Shown here: positions 25,450-37,696 of the stretch, piece by piece
How the letters are laid out: each line of letters opens with the position of its first letter
How positions within the stretch are numbered: position 1 is the first letter of the stretch
Assembly: GCA_002633005.1 (NCBI GenBank)
Contig: NMRA01000126.1
Location: forward strand, 388,979 to 452,978
Length of the DNA: 64,000 bases
Origin: Phoronis australis
Taxonomy: Eukaryota > Animalia > Phoronida
Direction of reading: 5' to 3'
Notes under the pieces: model-generated
The model's input: only the letters and a program-made list of their open reading frames with translations
Databases searched by the model: none
Told to the model about the DNA's origin: nothing
Program-made: the position numbers and the translations under genes

Positions 25450-26285
25450 GGAATTTTTTGGCTAAAGTGGAAACTATATATTTTTGGAAACCTCATGGAA
25501 TGACAAATCAGAATATAATTGATTCCATTTTTTGGTGGCCATCTCGGATTTTCAAAAATGGTGCCAGTAAAATGGATTTTCCCCAATATCTTCGCTTTTG
25601 GGTCAATTAGAACGTTGGTTTTTATGGCCACACCTGAATTTCTCAGGTCAAGGAATTGGAAATTTTAATTTTATAGATGGCCATCTTGGCAGCCATCTTG
25701 GATTACACGTGTTGGACTACACGTGTTGGACTACACGTGTTGGACTACACGTGTTGGACTACACGTGTTGGACTACACGTGTTGGACTACACGTGTTGGA
25801 CTACACGTGTTGGACTACACGTGTTGGACTACACGTGTTGGACTACACGTGTTGGACTACATGAAGAATGCATTTTGAAAATGTGGCTGCTAATAAATGG
25901 GGTTTTGATTATGTTTCACATTTAATAAGTTGCATTTTCAGATTTCTTGAACACAAAAATGTGGGTGCAGCCATTAAAACAAACATTCTAAGTGACCCAA
26001 GAGCAGAGATACTGAGCAAAAGGTATTTTTCAGGCGCCGTTTTTGAAATTCCAAGATGGTCGCCAACAAAATTAAAATTTCCAATTCACTGACCTCAGAA
26101 ATGCAGGTGTAGCCATAAAAACTAACATTCACAGTTACCCAAGGGCAGATATATTGGGCAAAATCTATTTTAATGGCGCCATTTTTGAAAATCCAAGAAA
26201 AATGGAATCAATTATTTTCTGATTTGTCATTCCAAGAGGTTTCCAAAAATGTATAGTTTCCACTTTCCTCAAAAAATTGCAACAA
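25450..26285. mobile_element. Fold-back/MITE-like element with ~230-bp imperfect inverted arms
   Basis: 25453-25680 is the reverse complement of ~26060-26280 (e.g. AAAGTGGAAACTATA...GGAATGACAAATCAGAA vs TTCTGATTTGTCATTCC...TATAGTTTCCACTTT). Confidence 0.75.
25698..25861. repeat. 14-bp tandem repeat (TTGGACTACACGTG), about 11.5 copies
   Basis: Near-perfect units, each containing ACACGTGT. Confidence 0.97.
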
Positions 26286-26639
26286 ATGTCAAAAACTGGA
26301 CACAGTGAACCTAACCAAGCTTTGAAGAAAGCTACTTGGCAAAATCGACTGAAAAAGCAAGGACCACGGCAGTTAACATCCACGACACCAATAGTGATGC
26401 AGCAGACCATCAAATCGATGATGACACAGTCAGCAACACCAACACCAACAATGCCACCCGCAACGTCGATAACACGACTAACGCAAGCGATGCCTCCAGA
26501 AAAAATTGATGACGCCGACATAGTCAATGAGGCCAAGAACGAAGATGACAACATCCCTGCGGCCATCAATAGACAAAAATGACCCACAACAGTCCCAGCA
26601 TAGTAACATATATTTCACATTGTTTGGTGTTTACTCCAC

Positions 26640-27072
26640 AGTGTGGGAGTTAAAATTCTAGCAAGATATATGTTCCCAAAAGGCCCTCTAATACTAACGT
26701 CAATACCTCAATATTTTGAAGAATTACCATTAATATGAACGAATAACTTTGATTCTAGAAATCTTAAGATTTAAAATTTCACAGTATGCAGATGACACAA
26801 CATTATTTTTAAATGGTTCCGAAAGCTCATTGAAAAGTGCTCTGATAACTTTGCAATGGTTTTACGAACTGCGCGAACTGATTTTCATAAAACAAAAGTC
26901 AAGTGAATGGATCAGGAAGAGAATCTGATAACTGTTTTGTAAAGAAAATAATTTAGACTAGAAAACTGTATCTATTAGGCCCTAGGAATTCAATTTAGTA
27001 ATGATCTTCATGATATCTCATCAATTAATCTTAAACCAAACATTTTAGAAATTAAAAATTTGCTCAAAACTT
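26640..27072 (+). mobile_element. Degenerate L1/Tx1 LINE reverse-transcriptase fragment
   Basis: KISQYADDTTLFLNGSESSLKSAL...F and IRPLGIQFS...INLKPNILEIKNLLK; includes the YADD motif; broken frame. Confidence 0.8.
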
Positions 27073-28239
27073 GCCACATATAAATATGTGGCGCATAAAA
27101 AATCTTACCACGAACGGGATGAAAAACTCGTCATTTCAAAGTCTATCTTGAACATCATCCAATGCATCAGTGCTACCTTGCGATTACTTCGATGACGACA
27201 GCGCCACCTATCATTTACATGGACGCCACTACTGTCCCACATCAACGTCACGTAAACTCATCAAGTTGCCCCAGCACAAGGATTGGTATGGGCAGAGGTT
27301 GGGTCAAGATCAAGAACTACTAAATACAGACACCCGCCATTGGTCAAGGATGCCTCGAAAAATTGGGAAACCCATTTTAGATGCCCCATTTTAAAATTCT
27401 GGATTAAAACCTACTTGACACCGATGACAAATTTGTTAGACGCTGAGCTGATGAAGAGAAAATTGCCGGAGGGGAACGTACAATGGAACAACTGACTCAT
27501 GTTCAGACACAGCTTCACAGTGGAGTCTTATCACATTTTACGAAATTGACCACTTTACAGTCTTTGGACCCAAAAAGCCTACTCCCTTCAAGAGAAGCAC
27601 ATTCTTGTTGCTCCAAAGCAGCATATCCCTAAAATAATCACTAATATCTTGAAAATTATCATCTATTTGTGATAGAGCTGAACTTCCATAACTATGACCA
27701 ATGTCACCCCCAATGCAAGATAAAAACACACGTAGTGGTTGAAGAATGTTGATGAAAGATACAATCATTATGACAGCAATGTACACTGAAGAACACTTTA
27801 TTGCTGGATATAATAAGAAGCAATGACTATGGTCATTCAACATATGATCAATACTGCAAAAAATGCAAGATCCATTGAATGGCAAATAGAATTTCAGCAA
27901 CTGAGATGCCTAGAAATGCATGCAGAGTTTGAATGTAGCTTACTGTTGGACTGCTCTAAGAACTAATACTTTTGATGTATTAAATGTTATAGAAAAATGG
28001 AACATAATATGATTAACAACATCAAGGAGGCAATAAACATGTCTTCCATAACAAAAACAAATTTGGATTTAGATCACTTAAAATTAGTCAAATTGGAGGT
28101 AAAGTCAGACCTAATGGAATAATGAAGTCAGTTCTAATCAGGGGTTTATCCACTCAGGATTTCAAAAGTAAGAATCCAAATTTCAAATAAAAAAATGAAC
28201 GAACACGGGAACATTGGTCCCATGTAATAATATGCCACA

Positions 28240-29420
28240 GTGAAGTGGAATAAAAGTGTCATTGATAAAACATAGACCACTAGTTTATTCATTAACTTTA
28301 AATGGAAGCCTATAAAGAAAAAGTATGTGGAATCATTTTACTGATGTGACGTTCATTCTAGAGATGCCAATGTTGACTAAGTCTAAAAACTATAACACGG
28401 AGGTAAAGATTTCAGCACTAATGTCCCGTCTTCCATGAAGTCGACAGTCTAAGTAAAGTGTCTTGGTAAAGTGACTTGCATTTTTATCACACATGTTCCT
28501 GAGAGACGAGCCAATGTTTTCTCTCAATCTCATGTCTTGTAAGCGTTCCTAACCAATACCCTTGTAATGTTAGTCAGAATTTGATGTCAAAAAGTTGGCA
28601 CATCCAAAATTCTACACGACCAGAATTCTTGCAGAAATTGCACAACCTAGGAGTCCATAACTTCGTCCACCATCTTGAATATCTATCGGTATTATTTATG
28701 ACCATGCTGCTGAAAGTCACAAGGAGAGCCGTGCCCGAGTGTTGTCAAATCAGATGCTTACAGGCAACGTCAGCCCTGGAGTTCTGCGCCATCTGCTGTC
28801 ACGGGGATGGTCTGGGGAGGGGATTAATGAACCAGCATATCCCCAATGATTCTGTCCGTGACAGGTATTACAGGTATTATTATTTGAATAATTATCTAAT
28901 TTGGTAGCGTAAACAAACTGATTCACGTGCGTTTCCATTTACTTGGACAGGAGAACAAGTAGAAACCAATTTCTATAAAGATTTCAATTGCATTGTCAAG
29001 CGTTAGCAACAATGCCATTTTCAGGATTGTCACAAATCCATTATTCCTGTCAACAAACCATCTATTCTCAAGTTTGGAGCGAATTGTAAAAATGCCAATG
29101 TTATCAGCAAAAATTCGGTACTTTGATTGAAACGTTCACCGTTCATTGCACGGGTGACTGGCCGCGTTATCACCACGATCTGGATCTGTAGCTGGATTAT
29201 TTGTTGTACCAGCATCTGAGACAACGTCTGTATCTAGAACATCTCTCGGTTTGTAAAATAATCCTCGAGTCTTTTAGGTCTTTGTGCCACAGACGGCATG
29301 ACTAAGTATGTAGAATGCCCATGTCAATCAAAACAGAAACCACAGAGGACAATGGCAGTGCAAAATCCCGGAATTACTCACCCCGAAACCGCAAACGTCG
29401 GGTCCCTATATACACAGTGA
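28240..29420 (-). mobile_element. Internal fragment of the TIR-element family at 48854-51280, inverted
   Basis: Long stretches are diverged reverse complements of ~49600-50690. Confidence 0.75.
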
Positions 29421-29468
29421 AGAGTTGCAACAGCTTGCCAGTTTTTAACAGGGTGTAACCATAAATAT

Positions 29469-29660
29469 TACCGTAAACGTTCGGGTTAACGTCCATGTTC
29501 ACTTAACCGCCCATCCCCTACTTTAGGTAGATTTTCAATTTAACCGCCCACTGCTCGGTTTACCACCACACTGCGATTTTTGAAGATTTCCAGTTAAGAG
29601 CCCACCTCTCGGTTAAGCACCCATCCCTGACTTTTGAAGATTTATGATTACCTGCCCAGT
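29469..29660 (+). mobile_element. pogo/Tc1-mariner-like MITE terminus
   Basis: TACCGTAAACGTTCGGGTTAACG start with repeated TTAACCGCCCA subterminal motifs, resembling the 40491 element. Confidence 0.5.
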
Positions 29661-30659
29661 GCTAAGGAAACGCGTGATTACCCATTTTTAGATAAAAATC
29701 GATGATAACAAAGAATGCAATGACAGCGTCGAAGACGGTGGTTTGGCAATGTGAATTATAATATAAGTAACAAATTATTGTCCCAGATCATGGATTTGCT
29801 TCAAAACGCAATATCTTGAACGCTTTATCACTTTATTTTCTTCCCATGTTCGCAAAACTAAGAACCCCGCCGGCTTCAATAACTACGATTTCAGCGATGC
29901 CGTCTGCCGCGCTAAGTTTCCGTCTGCAGTGCTCTGGATCAAACTTATATTCGAAAAAATAAAGCCAGAGAAACGTGACAGTGGTCTTGCCACCACTCCT
30001 AACTCGCTTTTAGACTATATGCCATGGTCCATGCATTGGAAATTCCAGGCTGCAAGCTATGACTAAATAAAAGATGACCAATATCTCGGCTCACTTTTTC
30101 AAAATTCAGGTCGCCAATGAGACCTGCAGCTCGTTATGCCTTAGCACCAAGTCCCGTTTGCAACAACACCAACTCAGTAAGGATGCTTTGCTCGTTGGAA
30201 CTCATCACTAATTTAGTTGTATAACAAACCACTGGTGCCAGTTACCCAAATAATGGGGCTTCGTCTTCGAATTATTTTTACCGACACAGGTATGAACTCA
30301 GACTCATCAAATTCATAGTGTTAGTATTTTTTAAAATCAAAATCTTAAGTACTTGTTTTTGAGTAATGCCTTTGTGGTAACTATTGATTGACGACTGTCT
30401 ACCTCCTCCGGCCGGTCGAAATAAAACAGCCGCAGAACCTTACGTTGAAAATGACATTGAATCACGCAGTCTCGAACATAAAAATCCCTAACACAAAAAA
30501 CACCTGAATTAGTTGACAGCTAACACATGACTGCTGTGACCTATGCAGTGTGCGAAACTTGCACGCGCGCACTTTGCACTACCATCACGTGAAGATAGTT
30601 GCAATCCAAGTGGAGCGCTGCATAGTCACTGGTCGTCTGCGCTCTACAGGTACAGCTCT

Positions 30660-31740
30660 AACAAGACCGCAGGACGGCACGGGCTATTACTCAGCAGTTT
30701 TGTAAACTTAACTGAAATAATTAATCTGAGGGCAACATAACCTTTGTTGGGATCATCCCCTGTTATGACATTTTTACAATAATTTGGAGATGTGCATTTT
30801 TTGAAACTGAAAGTCAAGTAACTAAAGAATAGTAAGACTGAGAAAAAAATTGTAAGAGTTCTTATGAAAAAGAATATCTTAAAGAATCTGCATGCAAAAA
30901 TTAACATCATTTGCTATTCCTGTTCAAAATGGCACCACAGCTCAATTGAAAATGGATGAAAATGCACCAGATCTGCCATCTAGAAAGCAACTTCCAGTTA
31001 AGCAGTACTTGATAATAGTTAATCACAGGAAACTGACACTGAAAAATTTCGAATCGCTTGGTCTTACAATGCACCCTCTACAGAACAAAACTTTTTCATC
31101 CCGAAATCGAGGTGTGCACGCGCATTAGCCTATATTTCCACCGTCTTTAATCGGAAGTAAATAATATCCGGGATATCCATAGAACACGTCTAATCATACT
31201 GATTTTCAGCCATGTACGTTGAAAATTGCGGCCTCTATGAGCACTTGAATCAGAATTCAAAAACAAAATGGCTGCAACATCCGCCATCTTGAACCTGATC
31301 ATGACGAAAAACAATAGTGTTCTAGCTCTTCCAGAACTAGAGGCTGCGTGTGAATTTCGTGCGAATTGGGTGAAGAATACGACCTGTAGATTGCGAACAA
31401 AAAAAAACAAACTTAGTGTCAGCGCAACATACTTGGCGAAGAATTTCGTCATGTAATTACCACTGGGGGACAAAGATCTCGTAGAGCATCTAGGAAATAC
31501 AGCCAACACAAAGAAAACAATTGCCACTAGGAGGCGCCGCAATAGTTAACACCGCCACAAAATCATCATCAGCTGCCCTCTTCCCAGTAAGAACATACCG
31601 TATGTCAATTTTCATAATCATCTTTAGAGTGGTTTGGCCGACAGAGCGGCAGATGTCAAAAACTGAAACACGACATATAGCAATGACGGGAATATGAAGT
31701 AGGTTGAAAATTGCCAAAATGATCAATTGCAAATTATTTC
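30660..31740 (+). mobile_element. Diverged HINE-like element related to 7465-9453
   Basis: 31470-31670 aligns with the 7970-8160 subunit (AAAGATC...TACAGCCA...GCCACTAGGAGGCGCC...AATTTTCA.AATCATC.TT); outer boundaries approximate. Confidence 0.55.
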
Positions 31741-33925
31741 AAATCATATCCAGTAAGTGTTGTGGTGCTGGGGAATAAGACTGCATGATGTGGGCTGTGC
31801 AAGGCATGTACGTCATTAGTGCAAAGGTCACCTATTTGCAGAGTTTTCAGATTTACAAGTTGTCAATGAATACAACAGTACAACACTATGTTTAATGTAG
31901 ATTGTGTTAAAATAGCATTGTGGGTTAGTTCCTGCTATACATTAAGCATAGTTAAGAGCATGCAAATACATCTTTTAACTCCCTTGAAATGGTGTGATTT
32001 TGTCTAGTTGTTGGTGATATGAGGTCAGATTGTGAGGTCAAAGGTGGCACTGAACAGTCAGGCTGTAGCCACGGGGCATTTTCTAGTCTGTAGCCACAGG
32101 GCATTTTCTAGTCCCTAGAATTTAAATACAGGGCGTGCGTCAAGTTTGGCGGGAGGTTTGAGGAATTTGTTGAAAAAAATTGCCAGGAAAGTGATTTACT
32201 TGTGTTTTTGAACAAGGAAAGCCATCTTTTTTAGCCGTGACCCAGTTTCCCTGCAAAATTGTGGCTGTTGCTTGCTTTCAACCCCTGTCGCCTGACTGAG
32301 AAAACGAGTGCGATTTCAGGTGACTGTCAGACAGATTCAAATTGCGAAAAAAGTAGCTGGTAAGGGGCATACTATGACCACATTTTTAGAATCTGGAAAG
32401 AACGAGGAGAATCTGTTGTCATGTTTTTTGTGGCACTTGAAGGGAAGTAGTAAATTTGGGGAGAAAACTGTCAAATTTGGTGTTTTTTGGTCCTATTTTT
32501 ATGTGCCGGTATTTTTTCCCCGATTTGAATTAGTCGATTAAAAATCTGTAGCAGAATTAAAATAGTAAAACTAAAACGATGACTTTCAGTTATCATGGGT
32601 AGTGCTTATGAGTTGGGAATGCCAAAAAAAACTTTTGTTTTTTCAGACTCTCGATAAGGACGTGAGATAAGGACTAGTCTTCACTTGGGTGTGTGTTGGC
32701 AGCCAAAACCCTGTTGTAACTGTAGTGTTCCCCCAAACAGTTAAATAATTAACCACAACATAATAGCCCCAACAGGATTATTGACACAGACACCAACAGT
32801 CTGAGGGCGCTCAGACACATGCGTCCAGTCTACACTGGCAAATTCAACAAAACTTTTTGTCCAAACTGCACTTTGCTTAATTCAAACAAGCACCTATGTT
32901 GCCATACAGAATGAGTTAGATCATGTTTGGAAAAGGCTTTGAGAATATTTAGCAAAATTTGGAGTGCACTACATATGGGAAAATATTTTTCAGTGTAATC
33001 GTTGCCACAGAAATAAAGAATGATCAAGAGAACGGATTAAAATTGCACTGAATATGAAGCATATTATTTGCCTTCTTCATGATTTGAGAATTTCTGACAT
33101 GATAAACAATGTATAAAGAACCTGAAGATGAATACCACCTAAGTTTCACCACACTGTTGACGAAGGGGATGCCAAAAACAAGACATAATCGCAATTTTTT
33201 TCCTACAATTCAAATTTAGCATTTACTTGGTATTGTTTTTAATAAGAACTTAACAAGGTCCCATCAGACCTGCCCACCCCCTGACCCACCCACCCCCCTG
33301 ACCAAAAGGCAGCCCCCCATGCCCTTTTTAAAACTGTTTCAACAATTTATAATTCCGAATGTGAGGTCTCGTAACACACGTAATCCACTAGTATTGGACC
33401 AGCAGCGGCTGGGTCTGTGGATGTTATTCAATCTACTTATGCCTTGCTTTATACAATAACTCATTCTTGAAGGCCAACATTTTGAAATCTGATTGCTAAG
33501 TGATTTTCTGCACATTTTCAAATACCGTTACTTGCATGACCAAACATCATCAAACATTGGTAAACTAGTTTAGTAGTGTTTGGTGGCTCGTTTGCAGGCA
33601 AATTTCGTTTCCAATTTAGTGTGGTGAAGTTTGCAAATAAAATGTTTGTTAGTGTATATAAAAATAATTGCAAGCAGTCTGGTAGGTTGCACCAGACGTG
33701 CGTGGGTCCCTTAGATACGCCTAAAGCACTGAAGTGGACACTTATGCTCCAAGGCCATGCTGCCTCCTCTCGGTGTAGGCCTGCATTACATTAATATATT
33801 TTGATCCATTAAAATACACTATAAGCAAAAACTGTAATTTTTCACCTACTGTCCTCACTATTCAAGTCCACCCGTAGACTTATCTCCCCTGGACGGACCG
33901 TGTCACCACTATCATTCACCATTAA

Positions 33926-34478
33926 GGTGCTGAAACCGGCGGTGTTCGGTGACAAATGAAAGTGCGAAAAGAACTGAAAAATTATGCTGTACAAATAAGT
34001 GGTAGAAGACAGAATGTCAGAGTGAGCTGCTACAAAAAACAGAAGAATCTGTACGCGTGGCTTAATCAATTTGCAGGAAACATGGCAAAAACATCAAGAT
34101 TACCCGTGTTTGCTGCCGAGTACTCAATAAGACGGAGAGAATGATTACTTGCAATGAATAAAAAATAATGCAATAAAATTAAATAATCCTCTGTAACTGA
34201 AGAAAGGTGGGTCACATGTAACTTATTGGTTAAAACACAATGCTGACATTTCTCAAATATTGATGAAACCAAGTGAGCCACAAACAGTGGAGCAGACGAA
34301 ATCTCAAACTGATTTAATTTTATAAACAGAGCCTTGCAATATTACAAAACACTAACTTATAGTCAGTGACATTAGTAATGAAGTAGACTGCCACTCTGTC
34401 ATGATTTAAATGGTTTACATATGCTTCTGAATCAACTCTACGCCATCACTGATGTTGAACTGTACTGGTTTCAGCACC
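33926..34478. mobile_element. TTAA-targeting MITE (Kolobok-like)
   Basis: TTAA|GGTGCTGAAACC ... GGTTTCAGCACC|TTAA: perfect 12-bp TIR and TTAA TSD. Confidence 0.75.
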
Positions 34479-34764
34479 TTAATGTCGTGTGGTCATGTGA
34501 CCATGTCATGGCAGCCTCCATATTTCAGCACATGCATTATCTGCGCACACAATAAGGTGGTGCAGTGAAAATTCATTTTGTCAGATTTCTCGACAAAAGG
34601 AAAAACCAAATCTTAGTCTATTATTTGGTTAATTTGTATTGTATCATAAAACAATATTTTTTAGTTTCCATTACCTGCAGCAAAACAATTAATCCTTTGA
34701 CAAATCGAAAAATGAAAATTTTCACAATTATTTTTGTGTGAAATAAATGAAAAAATTACGGTAC

Positions 34765-35927
34765 TACCGTATTCGCCCTAATAAGTGCCCAGGGCGCTTA
34801 GAAGAATTCGTTTCAAGAGGACAGCACTTATTATAGTCTAAGCTGGTCGAAACCTTGTCCCCGAAACAGGTGAAATCTTAAGCTAGGATTCATCAAAGTT
34901 ATGCTGTGACATATCTGTAACCTATGATAGACTTTCTACAAAATTGTGGTGCATTGCTATTACCTTCATTGTTAAATTACAATCATTTTTCAGAAAATTG
35001 TGCTGAAATCCCGGGGCGAAAACTCGCCAACTGATACATCGCTGCCTTGTTATAGTCAATAGAACAACTTGAATTCTTGAATAAAAATACAGTTTTGACC
35101 CCACAAATTACCTGAAGTCCTCCTATTAACTGCATATTAAGTCTCATCCGCTAAAAAATGTTTGAGAAGTGTCTCGGTGAGTCGCCGGGCGACTAGATGT
35201 GTAACAGTCCAACAGTTATTTTCCAGAAGATTCGGGTGTGTAAGTGAGCAGAAGTGTTCACTATCAGTGAGTTATTTTGACTTTAAAAACACCAATTATG
35301 ATGAATTAAGTAATTCCTGCTAAAATAACGCGGACATGTTTTTATGATATTTGAAACTTTCGGAAAGTAGTGCCAATATTTCTTTCTTGCCGATGCTATG
35401 CTATCCGTTTCATGGATAGTTCCCGAAGACAGGTACATGTATGTAGCGCGCGCTTCCTGGCCACGTGCATTTAACAAAGGTCAATTTTTATTAGTCTTCG
35501 ATTCATGGTTTTCACGTGTACAAAGAAAAGTGGATTCCTAATGTAAAAGAAAGATACAATACAATCCTTTTGACAAGAACGCTGCATCTGTTCTGAAAGG
35601 CCAGGCCATAATGGGAGACATTCTTCACAAGATCAGCAAAACTTTTGCGTTCTTATTGAAGCACGGTGGAAGTTTGAAGTGTATAGTCATGGCTAAATAC
35701 CGACATAGCAGCGAGGATCGTGGTCTACAAATTCCACACTCAATGACTTTCTTCAGGACTGTCGGATCTTACTGATAAATTGAAGATTTTACTGCAGAAT
35801 TTTAGAACTGTCGGTAAGGCATTTTTCGCATGTACACGTTCATGGACTGGGCACTTATTTTAGTGAAGTCTGAAACCGCACTGGGGTGCTTATAGGGGCT
35901 TGGGCGCTTGTTAGGGTGAATACAGTA
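34765..35927 (+). mobile_element. pogo/Tc1-mariner-like non-autonomous element, family A, copy 1
   Basis: TA-CCGTATTCGCCCTAATAAGTGCCC ... GGGCGCTTGTTAGGGTGAATACAG-TA; interior shared with other copies. Confidence 0.82.
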
Positions 35928-37257
35928 ACTGCTAATTGGCTTTTCCAACCAGATGTAATCCAGACCAATTGGTCAGGTGTGTATTAAGCCTTTTGATCAA
36001 TATACTGCCTCAGACTGTAATGTTAGTTAACCATCTCGGAAATGATGCTTGCCATGGCTACAGAATAAAGACTTTCTCCCCACACCACAAAGTTTACAAG
36101 AGCTTTCAAATGAGCTTCTGTAATTAACAAACCTTAAACAGTGATGACATGATTAGGCAAGTTTTAAAACATAGGAATTTTAGGTATGAATTTCTATGCT
36201 AAATATGTTTACAAACTTAACCACGAAGAAATGTAGAACTTAAAGATGAAGTTCATACATAATAAGCGACTGCGCGGTCCTTCAGAGGATCAAAAATTAA
36301 ATTCTGTCAATGATCAAACAAGTTCAAGACTGCTTAACACGCCAAACTACCACCCACGAGCTCCACCATAGACAAAGTACAAACATAAAGACAAAGTGTT
36401 AAATCCGCATCTCAAAACCTGAATTCTTTTGATCAATGCAAAATCAAAACAAGGTTTTTAACTAGCATAGATGTCCCTGCACAATAATAACACTAACTGG
36501 CAGCCCAGGATATGCACAAGCAAACAAATGCATCAAAGTCTACCTGCAGGAAAACACTACTTGAGATTCCAAATCCTCTAGCAGTACATGAAAGGCAACC
36601 ATCATGATCAATGCATATTTTACTGGACCGATAACTTCCAAGAACCAATAGCACATTTCAGCTAGGAGCCTTGGCAATTCAAAGCCCGTTTAATAAGGAG
36701 GGCACTTGTGAGCAGTCGTTTCTTGAAGAACTTTTAGTGAGCAAGTGTTTGTGAGAGTACACGAGAAGTCAAAATCACTCTCTACATTTACCATATGTTT
36801 TAACGTTAGATTCATATTTAAGGTATTTCCAGTATAAAATTGTACGCCGAATTCTAACAACAAATGTCTTTTTAATGTTAATTAAAGCTCAAGAGAATGA
36901 CTTGTGCACATTTTGCTCTGATCATAAAAAACTATTATTACATTTATTTGTGTAATGTAGATATGTAAGAAAGTTGTAGAGGAAAGTTAGTGATGATTTC
37001 CTTAGTATCGATTTTTAAACAGCCTTGACATTCTGTTTGGAAATACCAAATGTAACAACAGTATAAACCTTGCAGTTTTAACAACAAAAATGTCATTTTT
37101 CAATGTAGAATGCAGAACAAAATTCTGTTAACAACTGATATCACTAGTGTTTTGAAAAACTAGAGAAAATAGAATTTACTATTAGTAAAATCAATGGTAC
37201 ATTAGAAAATCACAACGAAAAATGGAACTTAGTACAACTATAATGGTGATAAATGTT

Positions 37258-37284
37258 TATGTATGTATGTATGTATGTATGTAT
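37258..37284. repeat. (TATG)n microsatellite
   Basis: Direct inspection. Confidence 0.9.
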
Positions 37285-37696
37285 TGTAATAGTTACTTTG
37301 TTACAATAAATGTATAAAAAATATAAGAACTCCCTACATTTTGTTCACTTAGAAATCTGACAGGGTCCAATGTGACTTTGTTAGAGTTTTAAGGTGATTA
37401 CCCTGAGCAACGACAATGATTCTAAGTGGTACACATGGGAAGCAAACCATGATATGTACAACAAGATTATAGAAGAAACTTGAGTTTAATTTGGTGCAGA
37501 AATAAATAATTTAATTAAATGATGCAGGCTTGCTTAATATTGATTACATGTGCTGTCTTGGTTTTCTTTCACCTCTGAAACAGTCAATGATGTGGTTTAA
37601 CTCCATAGGCTTACTTAAGCTTCCGTGATCGAACTAAAAATTATGATACACACATTTTTTTCTGATCATGTCTAGAAGCAATCAGCTCCCTGGCAC

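Noticed and set aside
25598-25925. LDYTCWTTRVGLHV repeat ORFs
   Set aside because: Translation of the 14-bp minisatellite
26277-26587. Thr/Pro-rich 101-aa ORF and its antisense 140-aa ORF
   Set aside because: Low-complexity text next to a MITE end, with no domain and no fitting splice sites
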